A DNA stretch of 64,000 nt from positions 1 to 64,000 of the forward strand of contig JAHQWK010000026.1 of NCBI GenBank assembly GCA_029856145.1, given 5' to 3'. How positions within the stretch are numbered: the first letter of the stretch is position 1; every line of letters begins with the position of its first letter. The DNA comes from Promethearchaeia archaeon. Lineage in GTDB: Archaea; Asgardarchaeota; Lokiarchaeia; Sigyniarchaeales; SOKP01. Below, piece by piece: positions 10,508 to 19,211 of this stretch. The position numbers and the translations under genes were made by a program. The notes under the pieces are model-generated. The model saw nothing but the letters and a program-made list of their open reading frames with translations. It had not been told where the DNA came from and ran no database searches.

Positions 10508-10773
10508 TAAACTCATGATCAAATATTAAGAGAATACAGGCACCGTGGAGGCTTTTTAAAAAGCTAAAATTGTCTAATAATAATAAGTTCTTTTACTGAT
10601 GTAATGATTAGGGTAAGAATGTGGTGCAGAAGCATGTGATTTTTGTTCATGGAGAAAGAGCAAATAATGCAAAAGGATATAGTTTTATCGGATTAGTAAA
10701 CATAATAACCATAATATATATTTTGTTTTAACTATTAAGAAAATTACGTGATCAAAAAGAGGTTGATATTCAG

Positions 10774-11424
10774 ATGCCAAACGGTGTAATTTCTCACCAA
10801 GCACCCGGATTGTTATTAAAAATAAAATACCCAAAAAAGTTTGATGGAACAGCATTATGTATCAGTACATTAGTTCCTGATTTAAGTATACTTGTAGACT
10901 TCTTTTTACCCTTTTCAGTTAGGAATATTACCCATAGTCTATTAGGGCTATTTATATATACTATTCCATTGACTCTAATCTTGACAATATTATTTTGTAC
11001 TTATATAGGTCCATTTATCGCTAACATTGTAAAAAGAGAGAGTAGAATATATAAACCATTGAAATATTTTGGCATTGATGAATGGGATAACCTAAACAAA
11101 AAAAAATATAATAAAAGGTTCTTTATTGTCGCATCTTATTCTGCCTTGATTGGAGGTTTGACGCATCTTTTGCTCGATCTTCCAGCCCACGGCCAAATAC
11201 CGATGTTTTTTCCAATAATACTGCAAAATCCCGACATACTATTATACTCTTTAATAGATTTTGGTCCTATTTATATTGGTCCAATAAAAATCGACCGCTT
11301 AACAGTATATGGATTAATATGGATTATTGAAGACACAATTACCTTAGTTCTATCTCTCTATCTTCTTAGATATATTAAGAAGCATAATTTGATTAGCAAA
11401 TGGTATGATGAACTCCAGAGGTGA
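10774..11424 (+). CDS. DUF4184-like membrane-bound metal-dependent hydrolase, copy 2
   Basis: Close paralog of 9845..10507 with long near-identical DNA stretches. Confidence 0.75.
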   Translation: MPNGVISHQAPGLLLKIKYPKKFDGTALCISTLVPDLSILVDFFLPFSVRNITHSLLGLFIYTIPLTLILTILFCTYIGPFIANIVKRESRIYKPLKYFGIDEWDNLNKKKYNKRFFIVASYSALIGGLTHLLLDLPAHGQIPMFFPIILQNPDILLYSLIDFGPIYIGPIKIDRLTVYGLIWIIEDTITLVLSLYLLRYIKKHNLISKWYDELQR

Positions 11425-11425
11425 T

Positions 11426-12448
11426 ATGATAGTAAACTCATCATCAAATGCTAATAGAAAACAGGAAATCATTGCTTATATATTATTAATCGTTACTATG
11501 GTTATCTGGGGAGGTACTTGGCCAATAGGGCGATGGTTAGTATCTGAAGAAGTAGGAGGTGCAACAATTCCCCCATTCATGATAGCAGTGATCCGTTATT
11601 TTATGGCATTAATTTGCTTTTTTCTCATTCTTAGATTTAAAGAAGGAAAGCTAAATTGGCAATTTGCTAAGGAAAATTGGAAAATTTTAGCATTAATGGG
11701 GTTATTGTCTGTAACAATTTATCAAGCAGGTTATCTTATAGGTGAAATCTTCACAGCGGCAAGTGATGCTAGTATCATGGTTGCAACAAATGCTATTTGG
11801 GTAGTAATTCTTTCCAGTATATTTTTAAAATCAGAATTTTTCACTTGGAAAAAAATGATTGGAACCCTAATGGCCTTTATTGCTGTTATAATTGTCGTTG
11901 GATTTTCTCCAAATGTTGGTGTCTCAAATCGATTACTTGGAGATATTTTGATTTTAATTGCAGCATTTGCTTATGCGACCTATACCGTTACTTCCCGTTA
12001 TTTCTTGAATAAAATCAATAATAATCCTGAATTACCTAAACCAAGCTCTTTATGGATAATCACTTGGGTATCGTTTTTTGGTTTTTTAACAACCATTCCT
12101 ATAGCTTTTATTATTAGTCCAGAATTTCTTAACCCGGTGGAATATTTAAACATTCCACCTCGAATATGGATTGGGATTCTATATTTAGCATTCCTATCTA
12201 CAGTAGGCGCATATACTTTCTATTTAGAGGGAGTTAAACGCTTAAATGCTAGCAGAGCAGCCATATTTCAAACATTAGTACCATTATTTGGAGTTATTCT
12301 CTCAGCGTTATTTTTACATGAACAATTCGATGTTTTTATCTACCCCTTTTCCTTACTATCAGTAATACTAGGAATTATTCTCGTTAATCTTAAAGTCTCT
12401 AATAATAAAGGAGAAAAACTAAGTAAAAGGAAAAAAAATATTATTTAA
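11426..12448 (+). CDS. EamA/DMT family transporter
   Basis: About 10 TM in two EamA repeats; GAGGTGA RBS before the ATG at 11426. Confidence 0.9.
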   Translation: MIVNSSSNANRKQEIIAYILLIVTMVIWGGTWPIGRWLVSEEVGGATIPPFMIAVIRYFMALICFFLILRFKEGKLNWQFAKENWKILALMGLLSVTIYQAGYLIGEIFTAASDASIMVATNAIWVVILSSIFLKSEFFTWKKMIGTLMAFIAVIIVVGFSPNVGVSNRLLGDILILIAAFAYATYTVTSRYFLNKINNNPELPKPSSLWIITWVSFFGFLTTIPIAFIISPEFLNPVEYLNIPPRIWIGILYLAFLSTVGAYTFYLEGVKRLNASRAAIFQTLVPLFGVILSALFLHEQFDVFIYPFSLLSVILGIILVNLKVSNNKGEKLSKRKKNII

Positions 12449-13605
12449 TTTGTCTTTCCGCCAATATATTTTGTCATCAGTTTCATCATATTGTTTACTG
12501 GTACTTTATCATACTTTTTTACCATTGTTAAAGCTTCCTCAGGACAATTGAATGCACAAACTCCACATCCGATACATCTATCAAAATCAATTGAAATTCG
12601 CTGTTCTTCACTTTCTTCATCAATAAGTTCAATGACTTGCATAGGGCAAAGATCTATACATGTTAGACAAAATACACAATTTGATTTATCATATTCAGGT
12701 AAGAAATTCGAAGTCGCAACAACGTTTGGATCATTAAATTGCCGAATACCTCGTAACATTACACAACAATCACGATCACAGTTACATATAAATGTTGTTT
12801 TGTCAGTTACATTCTGGGTAGTATGTACTAAACCTGCTTTAGCTGCAGCAGTTAAAGTTTTAAGGGCTTCATCTTTTTTCAACTCTCTTCCAAATCCATT
12901 TTCTAGTGCATAATCCGCAAAAGTGTTAAAAGTCATACAAACATTTATAGGATAATCATTTACAGGAATTCCATCATTATGTAGTTTCATATGAGTCCTG
13001 CAGGCACAATCCATTACCGAAATCCGACGTGATTTCTCCACTAGATTTTTAACTTGTTCAAATGGTAATATTCTGTTTTTTATAGGTTCAACTTCTTGAT
13101 CAACCTCAACGAGTTTTCCTTTACCTCTACTAATCGTCTCATCTATTGCATCTTGCTCTACAAATACTCTCATGAATGGATAGGAGGACCTGAATGTATT
13201 TACAATATTCCCTTCATTATAGTATTTCTCATATTCCTCAGTAAATATTCTTAGAACGTCTTTTTCCTCTTTTAAAGCTCTCTCATGATTAGAAAAATAT
13301 AGTTCAAAAAGACCTGGAAGTAAAGGAAACATTGAGTAGGTAGTTACTTCGTCTCTAGTAGCAGAAAATACTCTTTGAGTACGTGCCATCTCTATTAACT
13401 TTTGCTCAATCTCATCAATAGGGCGTTTGAGTTTTTTAGCAATTTTTTGCGCTGTGAATCTATCCAAGTATGGTCCGTTAAAAACCAATAAAATCTGAGC
13501 TTCCTCATCTGAATATAGAGCCTTTAGAATCTTCTCTATTTCTTCCGACCAAGGAACTCCCATCTTCTTCGCTATTAATTCATAATTTCCAGCCATATTT
13601 ATCAC
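12445..13605 (-). CDS. Fe-S protein with N-terminal HTH-like region, Cys-rich core and 2x[4Fe-4S] ferredoxin domain
   Basis: DCACR, CMTF, GLVH, ICNCDRDCC, CVFCLTCIDLCP, CIGCGVCAFNCP. Confidence 0.8.
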   Translation of the reverse strand: MINMAGNYELIAKKMGVPWSEEIEKILKALYSDEEAQILLVFNGPYLDRFTAQKIAKKLKRPIDEIEQKLIEMARTQRVFSATRDEVTTYSMFPLLPGLFELYFSNHERALKEEKDVLRIFTEEYEKYYNEGNIVNTFRSSYPFMRVFVEQDAIDETISRGKGKLVEVDQEVEPIKNRILPFEQVKNLVEKSRRISVMDCACRTHMKLHNDGIPVNDYPINVCMTFNTFADYALENGFGRELKKDEALKTLTAAAKAGLVHTTQNVTDKTTFICNCDRDCCVMLRGIRQFNDPNVVATSNFLPEYDKSNCVFCLTCIDLCPMQVIELIDEESEEQRISIDFDRCIGCGVCAFNCPEEALTMVKKYDKVPVNNMMKLMTKYIGGKTN

Positions 13606-13783
13606 GAATTTAATCTTATGATGTAAATTATTTCTATTATATAAATATTACAATTATACTATAATAGTTAAATAAAAGATTATAATTTGAATTTTGTTTG
13701 TTGAAAGTTTCAATAAGACCCATAGAAGCTCCAGGAATGTATATCTAAATTATTAGCTATATTCCGATAACTTTTTCTATAGA

Positions 13784-13798
13784 GTTTAGTTACTAAAC
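13784..13798. promoter_or_regulatory. predicted MarR operator 1
   Basis: GTTTAG-TTA-CTAAAC, 5 bp upstream of the marR ATG; the same motif recurs at 14320. Confidence 0.7.
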
Positions 13799-13803
13799 AT
13801 AAC

Positions 13804-14253
13804 ATGGTAAATAATTTGAAGCTTGTAAACAAAATCTTAGAAACTCTTAGTAAATTAACATTTTTAGATAAAAGAAGAAAAATCACCCACAAAGATATCA
13901 AACTTTATCCTTCAGAAATTCATCTTTTACTATTTATTTATCATATTCAAGATACAAATATAACCAAAATTGCTGAACACCTTGGCTTGACCAAGGGAGC
14001 AATTTCTCAAACTCTCTCACGTCTTAATAGGAAGGGAATAATTATAAAAAGAACTGAACCATCCAAAAAAAACCAATTACAAATTCAATTTACGAATAAA
14101 GGAAAGGTGTTGATGGAACATGTAATTGAATTTAGAAATTCTCTTGAAACTAAATATTTAAATTATTTGGAAACGAAATCAGATGAAGAAAAACAGACAA
14201 TTTCAGATTTTCTTGATACAGTAGTTTCAGTAATGCATAAATCCAAAAATTAA
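13804..14253 (+). CDS. MarR family transcriptional regulator
   Basis: LYPSEIHLL, NITKIAEHLGLTKGAISQTLSRL wHTH. Confidence 0.93.
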   Translation: MVNNLKLVNKILETLSKLTFLDKRRKITHKDIKLYPSEIHLLLFIYHIQDTNITKIAEHLGLTKGAISQTLSRLNRKGIIIKRTEPSKKNQLQIQFTNKGKVLMEHVIEFRNSLETKYLNYLETKSDEEKQTISDFLDTVVSVMHKSKN

Positions 14254-14319
14254 ACTTTATACGATATTGTCTAAATTGAACAGAAAGGTTTTTAAACAAT
14301 TATTATCTTATTCTTCTTA

Positions 14320-14338
14320 GTGTTTAGATACTAAACAC
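14320..14338. promoter_or_regulatory. predicted MarR operator 2
   Basis: Perfect GTGTTTAG-ATA-CTAAACAC about 24 bp downstream of a BRE/TATA-like GAAAGGTTTTTAAA. Confidence 0.72.
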
Positions 14339-14376
14339 AGGCAAATTTATGTTAGAAACATTTAGAGGTAAAAAAT

Positions 14377-14919
14377 ATGGATACGTCAAAATCAGAAAGG
14401 ATAGTACAAAAGTTCTTACAAGAAGAACCAAAGTATAAAAGAAAGATACAAGAATTTTCAGGAACTTTTGAAACGACTCTAGAAAGGATCTTTCCTCTTT
14501 TATGTCCTGCTCGTGAAGCTGATTGGATCCCTGGATGGGATTCGGAGTTAATTTATACTAAATCTGGTTATGCAGAAGACAAGTGTGTATTTCGCACTAA
14601 TAAATCAAATTCTGCAGGTGAAGGTTTATGGACTTTCACGGGGTTCAAGTTAAATGAATATGTTGAATTTGTAAGATTCCAACGAGATATGTTGTTACAT
14701 TGTAAAATATGCTTAACTCAAAATAAAGATGGAACAACTACGACAACTTGGAAAACCATTTCAACATCATTATCTGAAAAAGGAAATAAAGAAATTGAAA
14801 GAATGTCTGTTGATAAAAAACACAATCCCGTTATTCAATTGATGGATTATTACTTGAAAAATGGAAAGATGATTTCAAAACTTTCACTTATGAAGAATAA
14901 GATACATGGTCAGCATTAA
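14377..14919 (+). CDS. SRPBCC/START-like ligand-binding protein
   Basis: IFPLLCPAREADWIPGW motif; helix-grip-like pattern. Confidence 0.65.
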   Translation: MDTSKSERIVQKFLQEEPKYKRKIQEFSGTFETTLERIFPLLCPAREADWIPGWDSELIYTKSGYAEDKCVFRTNKSNSAGEGLWTFTGFKLNEYVEFVRFQRDMLLHCKICLTQNKDGTTTTTWKTISTSLSEKGNKEIERMSVDKKHNPVIQLMDYYLKNGKMISKLSLMKNKIHGQH

Positions 14920-14963
14920 TAATTCGAAGGTCTAAAGAAATATTTTTTCAATTCTTTTTTTTA

Positions 14964-15458
14964 TTATTCAGGAATAATAATTGAATGATCTTCTTTTATT
15001 CGGTCTAAAACAATTTCAGTTTTGACTTCTTCTACTCCTGGAAGATTACGAAGTTTTTCAATAAGACCCATAGAATCTGAATGATTCAAACATTTTGCCA
15101 TAATAAATAAAGGATATTCACCAGTAACTACATAAGCATACTTGATTTTTTCCATTCCCTCGATCTCTTGTTTCACATGCTCTAATGGTTTTGTAGCATT
15201 TACTCTTAAAGACGCCATAACCATTTCTCTATAACCTAACTGGCGGCAGTCTATTAACGCAACATATTTTTTAATTAAATCCTTTTCTAATCTTTGAATA
15301 CGAGATCTAATAGCTGTCTGGCTTTTCTCTTCTTCTAAATTTTCTTTAATTTTTACTTTTATTTGGTTAATAGTTATTTTTGCATCTTCTTGTAAAAGTT
15401 CAAGAATCTGTTTGTCTACTTCATCGATTATCTTATTTGCTGAATTTGTAGTAACCAT
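14964..15458 (-). CDS. Lrp/AsnC family regulator
   Basis: IDEVDKQILELLQEDAK HTH; VTGEYP RAM domain; divergent from the sulfur/Hdr cluster. Confidence 0.93.
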   Translation of the reverse strand: MVTTNSANKIIDEVDKQILELLQEDAKITINQIKVKIKENLEEEKSQTAIRSRIQRLEKDLIKKYVALIDCRQLGYREMVMASLRVNATKPLEHVKQEIEGMEKIKYAYVVTGEYPLFIMAKCLNHSDSMGLIEKLRNLPGVEEVKTEIVLDRIKEDHSIIIPE

Positions 15459-15733
15459 TTTTTAATCCCTTATCTATTTTTTTCAATATTTAATAATTAC
15501 TTGATTGGTTATTTAAGTTTCAAGTAATTATAAGAAGTCTTGATTTATAATTTTTTTCACTAAAATTACATATTAATTTAGTAATATTTTCTAAATAAAT
15601 CATTCTTTTATAAATAAAAAAACTATTATTTAAATATGAATTAGTATTTTTTACTAATAAAGCTATCATAATTAAATTAAAGTGATAGTGAAATAAAAAA
15701 AAATAGTAGAAAAAACTAAAAAAAGTGAAAAAA

Positions 15734-15958
15734 ATGGCTGATAAAACATTTGACTATACTGGTTTAAAATGTCCGATGCCAGTTTTGAAAACTAAAAAGG
15801 AATTAAAAAACTTAACTTCTGGACAAGTTATAGAAGTAATCTCTGATGATGTCGGGGCAAAAAAGGATATTCCAGCGCTTCTTAATAAAATTGGCGATGA
15901 ATTAGTAGAACTTAGAGAAGATAATGGCAACTTAATTTTCGTCATTAAGAAGGCTTAA
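15734..15958 (+). CDS. tusA: TusA/SirA sulfur carrier
   Basis: FDYTGLKCPMP (CPxP); DDVGAKKDIP. Confidence 0.93.
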   Translation: MADKTFDYTGLKCPMPVLKTKKELKNLTSGQVIEVISDDVGAKKDIPALLNKIGDELVELREDNGNLIFVIKKA

Positions 15959-15987
15959 AACACATTATACGGAGTAAGGATATTAAT

Positions 15988-16356
15988 ATGTCTAAATATG
16001 TTTTCTTTATTAGCACGGAACCTTACAAATATCAAGCTGTAGATTCTCTGATAGAAATAGGAAAAGCTGCACTAAGAAAGGGGCATGAAATAACGGGTAT
16101 ATTCTTCTTTGGAACTGGTGTTTACAATCTTAAAAAGGAGATTAATTGTGGAACTACTATAAGAAACATCCCAGAGAAAATTGAGAAATTTTCCTATGAG
16201 AATAAAATTCCAGTTGCAGGTTGTAGTACATGGGTTAGTTTAACAGGACTTAAAGAACCTGAATTCATTGAAGGTGCGTCTGAAGAGGGATTAGGGGATT
16301 TTTCAAACTGGACAATTAAAGCTGACAAATTAATTGTATTTGGAGCTGGTGGTTAA
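15988..16356 (+). CDS. dsrE: DsrE/TusD-like sulfurtransferase subunit
   Basis: GHEITGIFFFGTGVYN; conserved Cys in VAGCSTW; ADKLIVF. Confidence 0.85.
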   Translation: MSKYVFFISTEPYKYQAVDSLIEIGKAALRKGHEITGIFFFGTGVYNLKKEINCGTTIRNIPEKIEKFSYENKIPVAGCSTWVSLTGLKEPEFIEGASEEGLGDFSNWTIKADKLIVFGAGG

Positions 16357-16361
16357 AAATT

Positions 16362-16730
16362 ATGGTAGAATCTGTGGTAATAATAAGTGATCAATCGCCT
16401 ATTGGAAGAAATTCGGCAGTTGAGGCTATTAGAATCGGATCGGGATTCACTGCTCTTGGAGAATTTATTGACTGCAAAATTGTATTTATGGGAGATGCTG
16501 TGTATCTATTTAATAAAAATTGCGACCCTGAAGCTGTGGGAATGGACCCTCTTGCTGAAGTATTAGAAATGGCTGATTTATCTGATTTAGAAGTATTTAT
16601 GATTGATTCTTCTTTAACTGACGCGGGATTAACCAAAGCTGATATGATTGACTATGAAAACTTGAAAATCATTGGATATGATGAATTAACAGATTTAATT
16701 GCTAATGCTGATACGTGTTTTAGATATTAA
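16362..16730 (+). CDS. dsrF: DsrF/TusC-like subunit
   Basis: SPIGRNSAVEAIR, VFMGDAVY, DSSL..AGL; lies between dsrE and dsrH. Confidence 0.8.
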   Translation: MVESVVIISDQSPIGRNSAVEAIRIGSGFTALGEFIDCKIVFMGDAVYLFNKNCDPEAVGMDPLAEVLEMADLSDLEVFMIDSSLTDAGLTKADMIDYENLKIIGYDELTDLIANADTCFRY

Positions 16731-16746
16731 GGGAGGATAGAAAAAG

Positions 16747-17088
16747 ATGTCAGAAAATCTTGATATGATATATTTGTTTGGATTTAGTGGGTTAACGGGA
16801 AATCAATTACAGAGATTAATACCTATTTTAAAAAGCCAGATTAAAAAGAATACGAGACTTGGATTAGTTTTAATTCACGATGGCGTAATAGGCATAACAA
16901 CAAAGGGAAAAATACCAAAACAAATGGAAGAACTTCTCAGTTTAGATGTGGCTGTGTTTGCTATGAGATCAGATATGAGAGCTCGCGGTATTGCTCCAGA
17001 ATATGTACATGACAAAATTAAGTTTATAGAATATGATGATCTAATAGATGTTATAGATGCTACGCCAAAAGTTATTTCTTGGATGTAG
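16747..17088 (+). CDS. dsrH: DsrH/TusB-like subunit
   Basis: LIHDGV, DMRARGI, IEYDDLIDVI, terminal VISWM. Confidence 0.85.
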   Translation: MSENLDMIYLFGFSGLTGNQLQRLIPILKSQIKKNTRLGLVLIHDGVIGITTKGKIPKQMEELLSLDVAVFAMRSDMRARGIAPEYVHDKIKFIEYDDLIDVIDATPKVISWM

Positions 17089-17207
17089 CAAGGTAAGAAA
17101 ATTAAATTCGCAAAATTTTTTGAAAAATTCTGGCTAAAACCAGAAAATATAGAGTATTAAACAAACAAAAAGGAAATTTTTAAAAAAAACAAAAAAAGGT
17201 GGTATAT

Positions 17208-17630
17208 GTGGCTGAAACTGAAACAATAAATTTTATAGTAAAGGATAAGTCATTTGAGAAGTTTGCGATGATGGCTATCCTTGGTTCAACAGGCGACGCG
17301 ATGGATGTGAAAATGAACTTTTTCTTTACCTTTTGGGGTTTGAATTTATTAACAAAAAAATTTAAGCCAAAAGTTGCTGGAATGCCTACTCCTATGAAAG
17401 GCATGGGAGCAAAAATATTTAGAAAAAGGATGAAAAAGTTTGGGATAGAAGATCCATGGGCTTTAATTAAAGACGGTGTCGAAAGCGGTAATTTGAAGTT
17501 ATATCCATGTCAAATGACCATGGATTTAATGAAAATTAAGCATGAAAATATAATCGATTTTGCTGAAGAACCTGTTGGTGCTGCTTCATTTTTAGAAATG
17601 AGTAATGGCGGCAGAATAGTTTCATTATAA
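17208..17630 (+). CDS. DsrE2/YrkE-like sulfur carrier
   Basis: FFTFWGL, LYPCQMTMDLM, VGAASFLE; GTG start after an AGGTGG RBS. Confidence 0.88.
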   Translation: MAETETINFIVKDKSFEKFAMMAILGSTGDAMDVKMNFFFTFWGLNLLTKKFKPKVAGMPTPMKGMGAKIFRKRMKKFGIEDPWALIKDGVESGNLKLYPCQMTMDLMKIKHENIIDFAEEPVGAASFLEMSNGGRIVSL

Positions 17631-17681
17631 ATTAAAATAAATTTTTTTTTTTATTTTTTATATTAAAAAAGGTGATGATAA

Positions 17682-18239
17682 ACGTCTGATGTAGAAGAAC
17701 AAGCAAGGGAATATAAAACAGACGAAGATTTTAATAAAGATTTTTTTAAAGATATTGAAAGAAAATCAAATATTTGGCAGTGCATTCAATGTGGTACATG
17801 CACAGCGAGCTGTGAAAGTGGTAGATGGACTGCTTTAAAGACTCGTTCAATTATTAGAAAAGTTATTTTAGGAGATTTATCGGTATTAAATGATCCTGAT
17901 ATATGGTTGTGTACTACATGTTATCAGTGCTATGAACGATGTCCGCGTGATGTAAGACCTACAGATGTTATTATGGAGTTGCGAAATTATGCTACTAAAT
18001 TAGGGAATATTTCTCCTAATCATAGGGCTGTTGTAGGGTATTTAAAAAACTTTGGACATGCCGTACCGATAAATGAAGAAGTAAAAAAACGAAGAGTCGA
18101 ATTAGGATTAGAAGAATTACCTCCTACTGCGTTTAAGTTTAAACAGGAGGGGGATGATAAAGATTTAAAAAATTTTGAAGAACATATGTTCGATTTACCT
18201 CCAGTTAAGGAGGAAAAAAAGGAAGAAGAGGAGACGTAA
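17682..18239 (+). CDS. hdrC: heterodisulfide reductase subunit C, apparent ACG start
   Basis: Frame is open from an ACG at 17682, preceded by an in-frame TAA and an AAGGTGA RBS; CIQCGTCTASC and WLCTTCYQCYERCPR. The ORF track only calls it from 17907. Confidence 0.9.
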   Translation, partial: TSDVEEQAREYKTDEDFNKDFFKDIERKSNIWQCIQCGTCTASCESGRWTALKTRSIIRKVILGDLSVLNDPDIWLCTTCYQCYERCPRDVRPTDVIMELRNYATKLGNISPNHRAVVGYLKNFGHAVPINEEVKKRRVELGLEELPPTAFKFKQEGDDKDLKNFEEHMFDLPPVKEEKKEEEET

Positions 18240-18242
18240 AAA

Positions 18243-19163
18243 ATGGTAAAAGAAAACATATTTGCTTTCTTTTTAGGTTGTTTGATGCCAAATCGATATC
18301 CTGCTATTGAAAAATCAACGAAATTTGTAATGGAAAAACTAGGATACGAAATTTTAGATATGGAAAGAGCAACATGTTGTCCTGCGCCAGGAGTCTTCAG
18401 ATCATTTAATAAAATTGATTGGATGGTTGCTGCGGCAAGAAATTTATGTATAGCAGAACAATTAGATGCTGACATATTGACTGTTTGTAATGGATGTTTC
18501 GGAACACTCCAAGAGGTTAATAAACACTTGAAAACAAATGAAGAGCATCGTGAAATGGTAAATGAAAAATTAAAACTCATCGGAGATTATGAGTTTAAGG
18601 GAACGATAGATGTTCGACATATTGCTGAAGTGTTAGGTTATGAGATAGGTCCATGGGGGATTGAAGATCATATAGTTCGAAAAGTTAATGCTAGAGCTGC
18701 AATACATTATGGTTGTCATTTTCTGAAACCTACTAGAATTAGAGAGATTGAAAGCTCAGAAGGACCAACAATTGTAGAAGAATTCGTTGAAGCTTTAGGA
18801 ATTCAATCTGTACGATTCAATGAACAATTAACTTGCTGTGGTGCTGGAGGAGGTGTTAAAGCCTATGATGGTAATGCAAGTATGACTATATTTGCAGAGA
18901 AGATGAAAAATATTGATGATGTAAAGCCAGATTTTATATTAGATATTTGCCCCTTCTGTCATCTCCAATATGAAACGGGACAAGATTACTTGAATAAAAA
19001 TAAGAACTGTAATTACGATTATCCTGTAATTCATCTTTCTCAATTAACTGCCTATTGTATGGGGATGGATAAAGAATTTGTTGGTTTACATTATCAACTA
19101 ATGGGGAAAGATTATATCTTTGGGGGAGAAGAAATAAGAAAAGAAATAAAGGAGGCAATTTAA
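18243..19163 (+). CDS. hdrB: heterodisulfide reductase subunit B
   Basis: FFLGC, TCCPAPG, CNGC, HYGCH, TCCGAGGG, CPFC (two CCG domains). Confidence 0.95.
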   Translation: MVKENIFAFFLGCLMPNRYPAIEKSTKFVMEKLGYEILDMERATCCPAPGVFRSFNKIDWMVAAARNLCIAEQLDADILTVCNGCFGTLQEVNKHLKTNEEHREMVNEKLKLIGDYEFKGTIDVRHIAEVLGYEIGPWGIEDHIVRKVNARAAIHYGCHFLKPTRIREIESSEGPTIVEEFVEALGIQSVRFNEQLTCCGAGGGVKAYDGNASMTIFAEKMKNIDDVKPDFILDICPFCHLQYETGQDYLNKNKNCNYDYPVIHLSQLTAYCMGMDKEFVGLHYQLMGKDYIFGGEEIRKEIKEAI

Positions 19164-19211
19164 TTGACAGTAAAAAATCAGAATATAAAAGAAACAGAAG
19201 AGGTTGAGAGT

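Noticed and set aside
10560-10740. Cys-containing fragment (ECGAEACDFC) between the DUF4184 paralogs
   Set aside because: Very short, interrupted by stops and without a start; family cannot be assigned
12491-12913. Long antisense or nested ORFs (also 9262, 18020, 23202, 31478, 33305, 46046, 54009, 57603, 58059, 59468, 60660, 63370 and similar)
   Set aside because: They lie on the opposite strand of, or nested within, well-supported genes and have no motifs
15734-17088. Dissimilatory sulfite reductase (Dsr) pathway
   Set aside because: No dsrAB, dsrC or dsrMKJOP in the window; DsrEFH-like genes alone do not establish it
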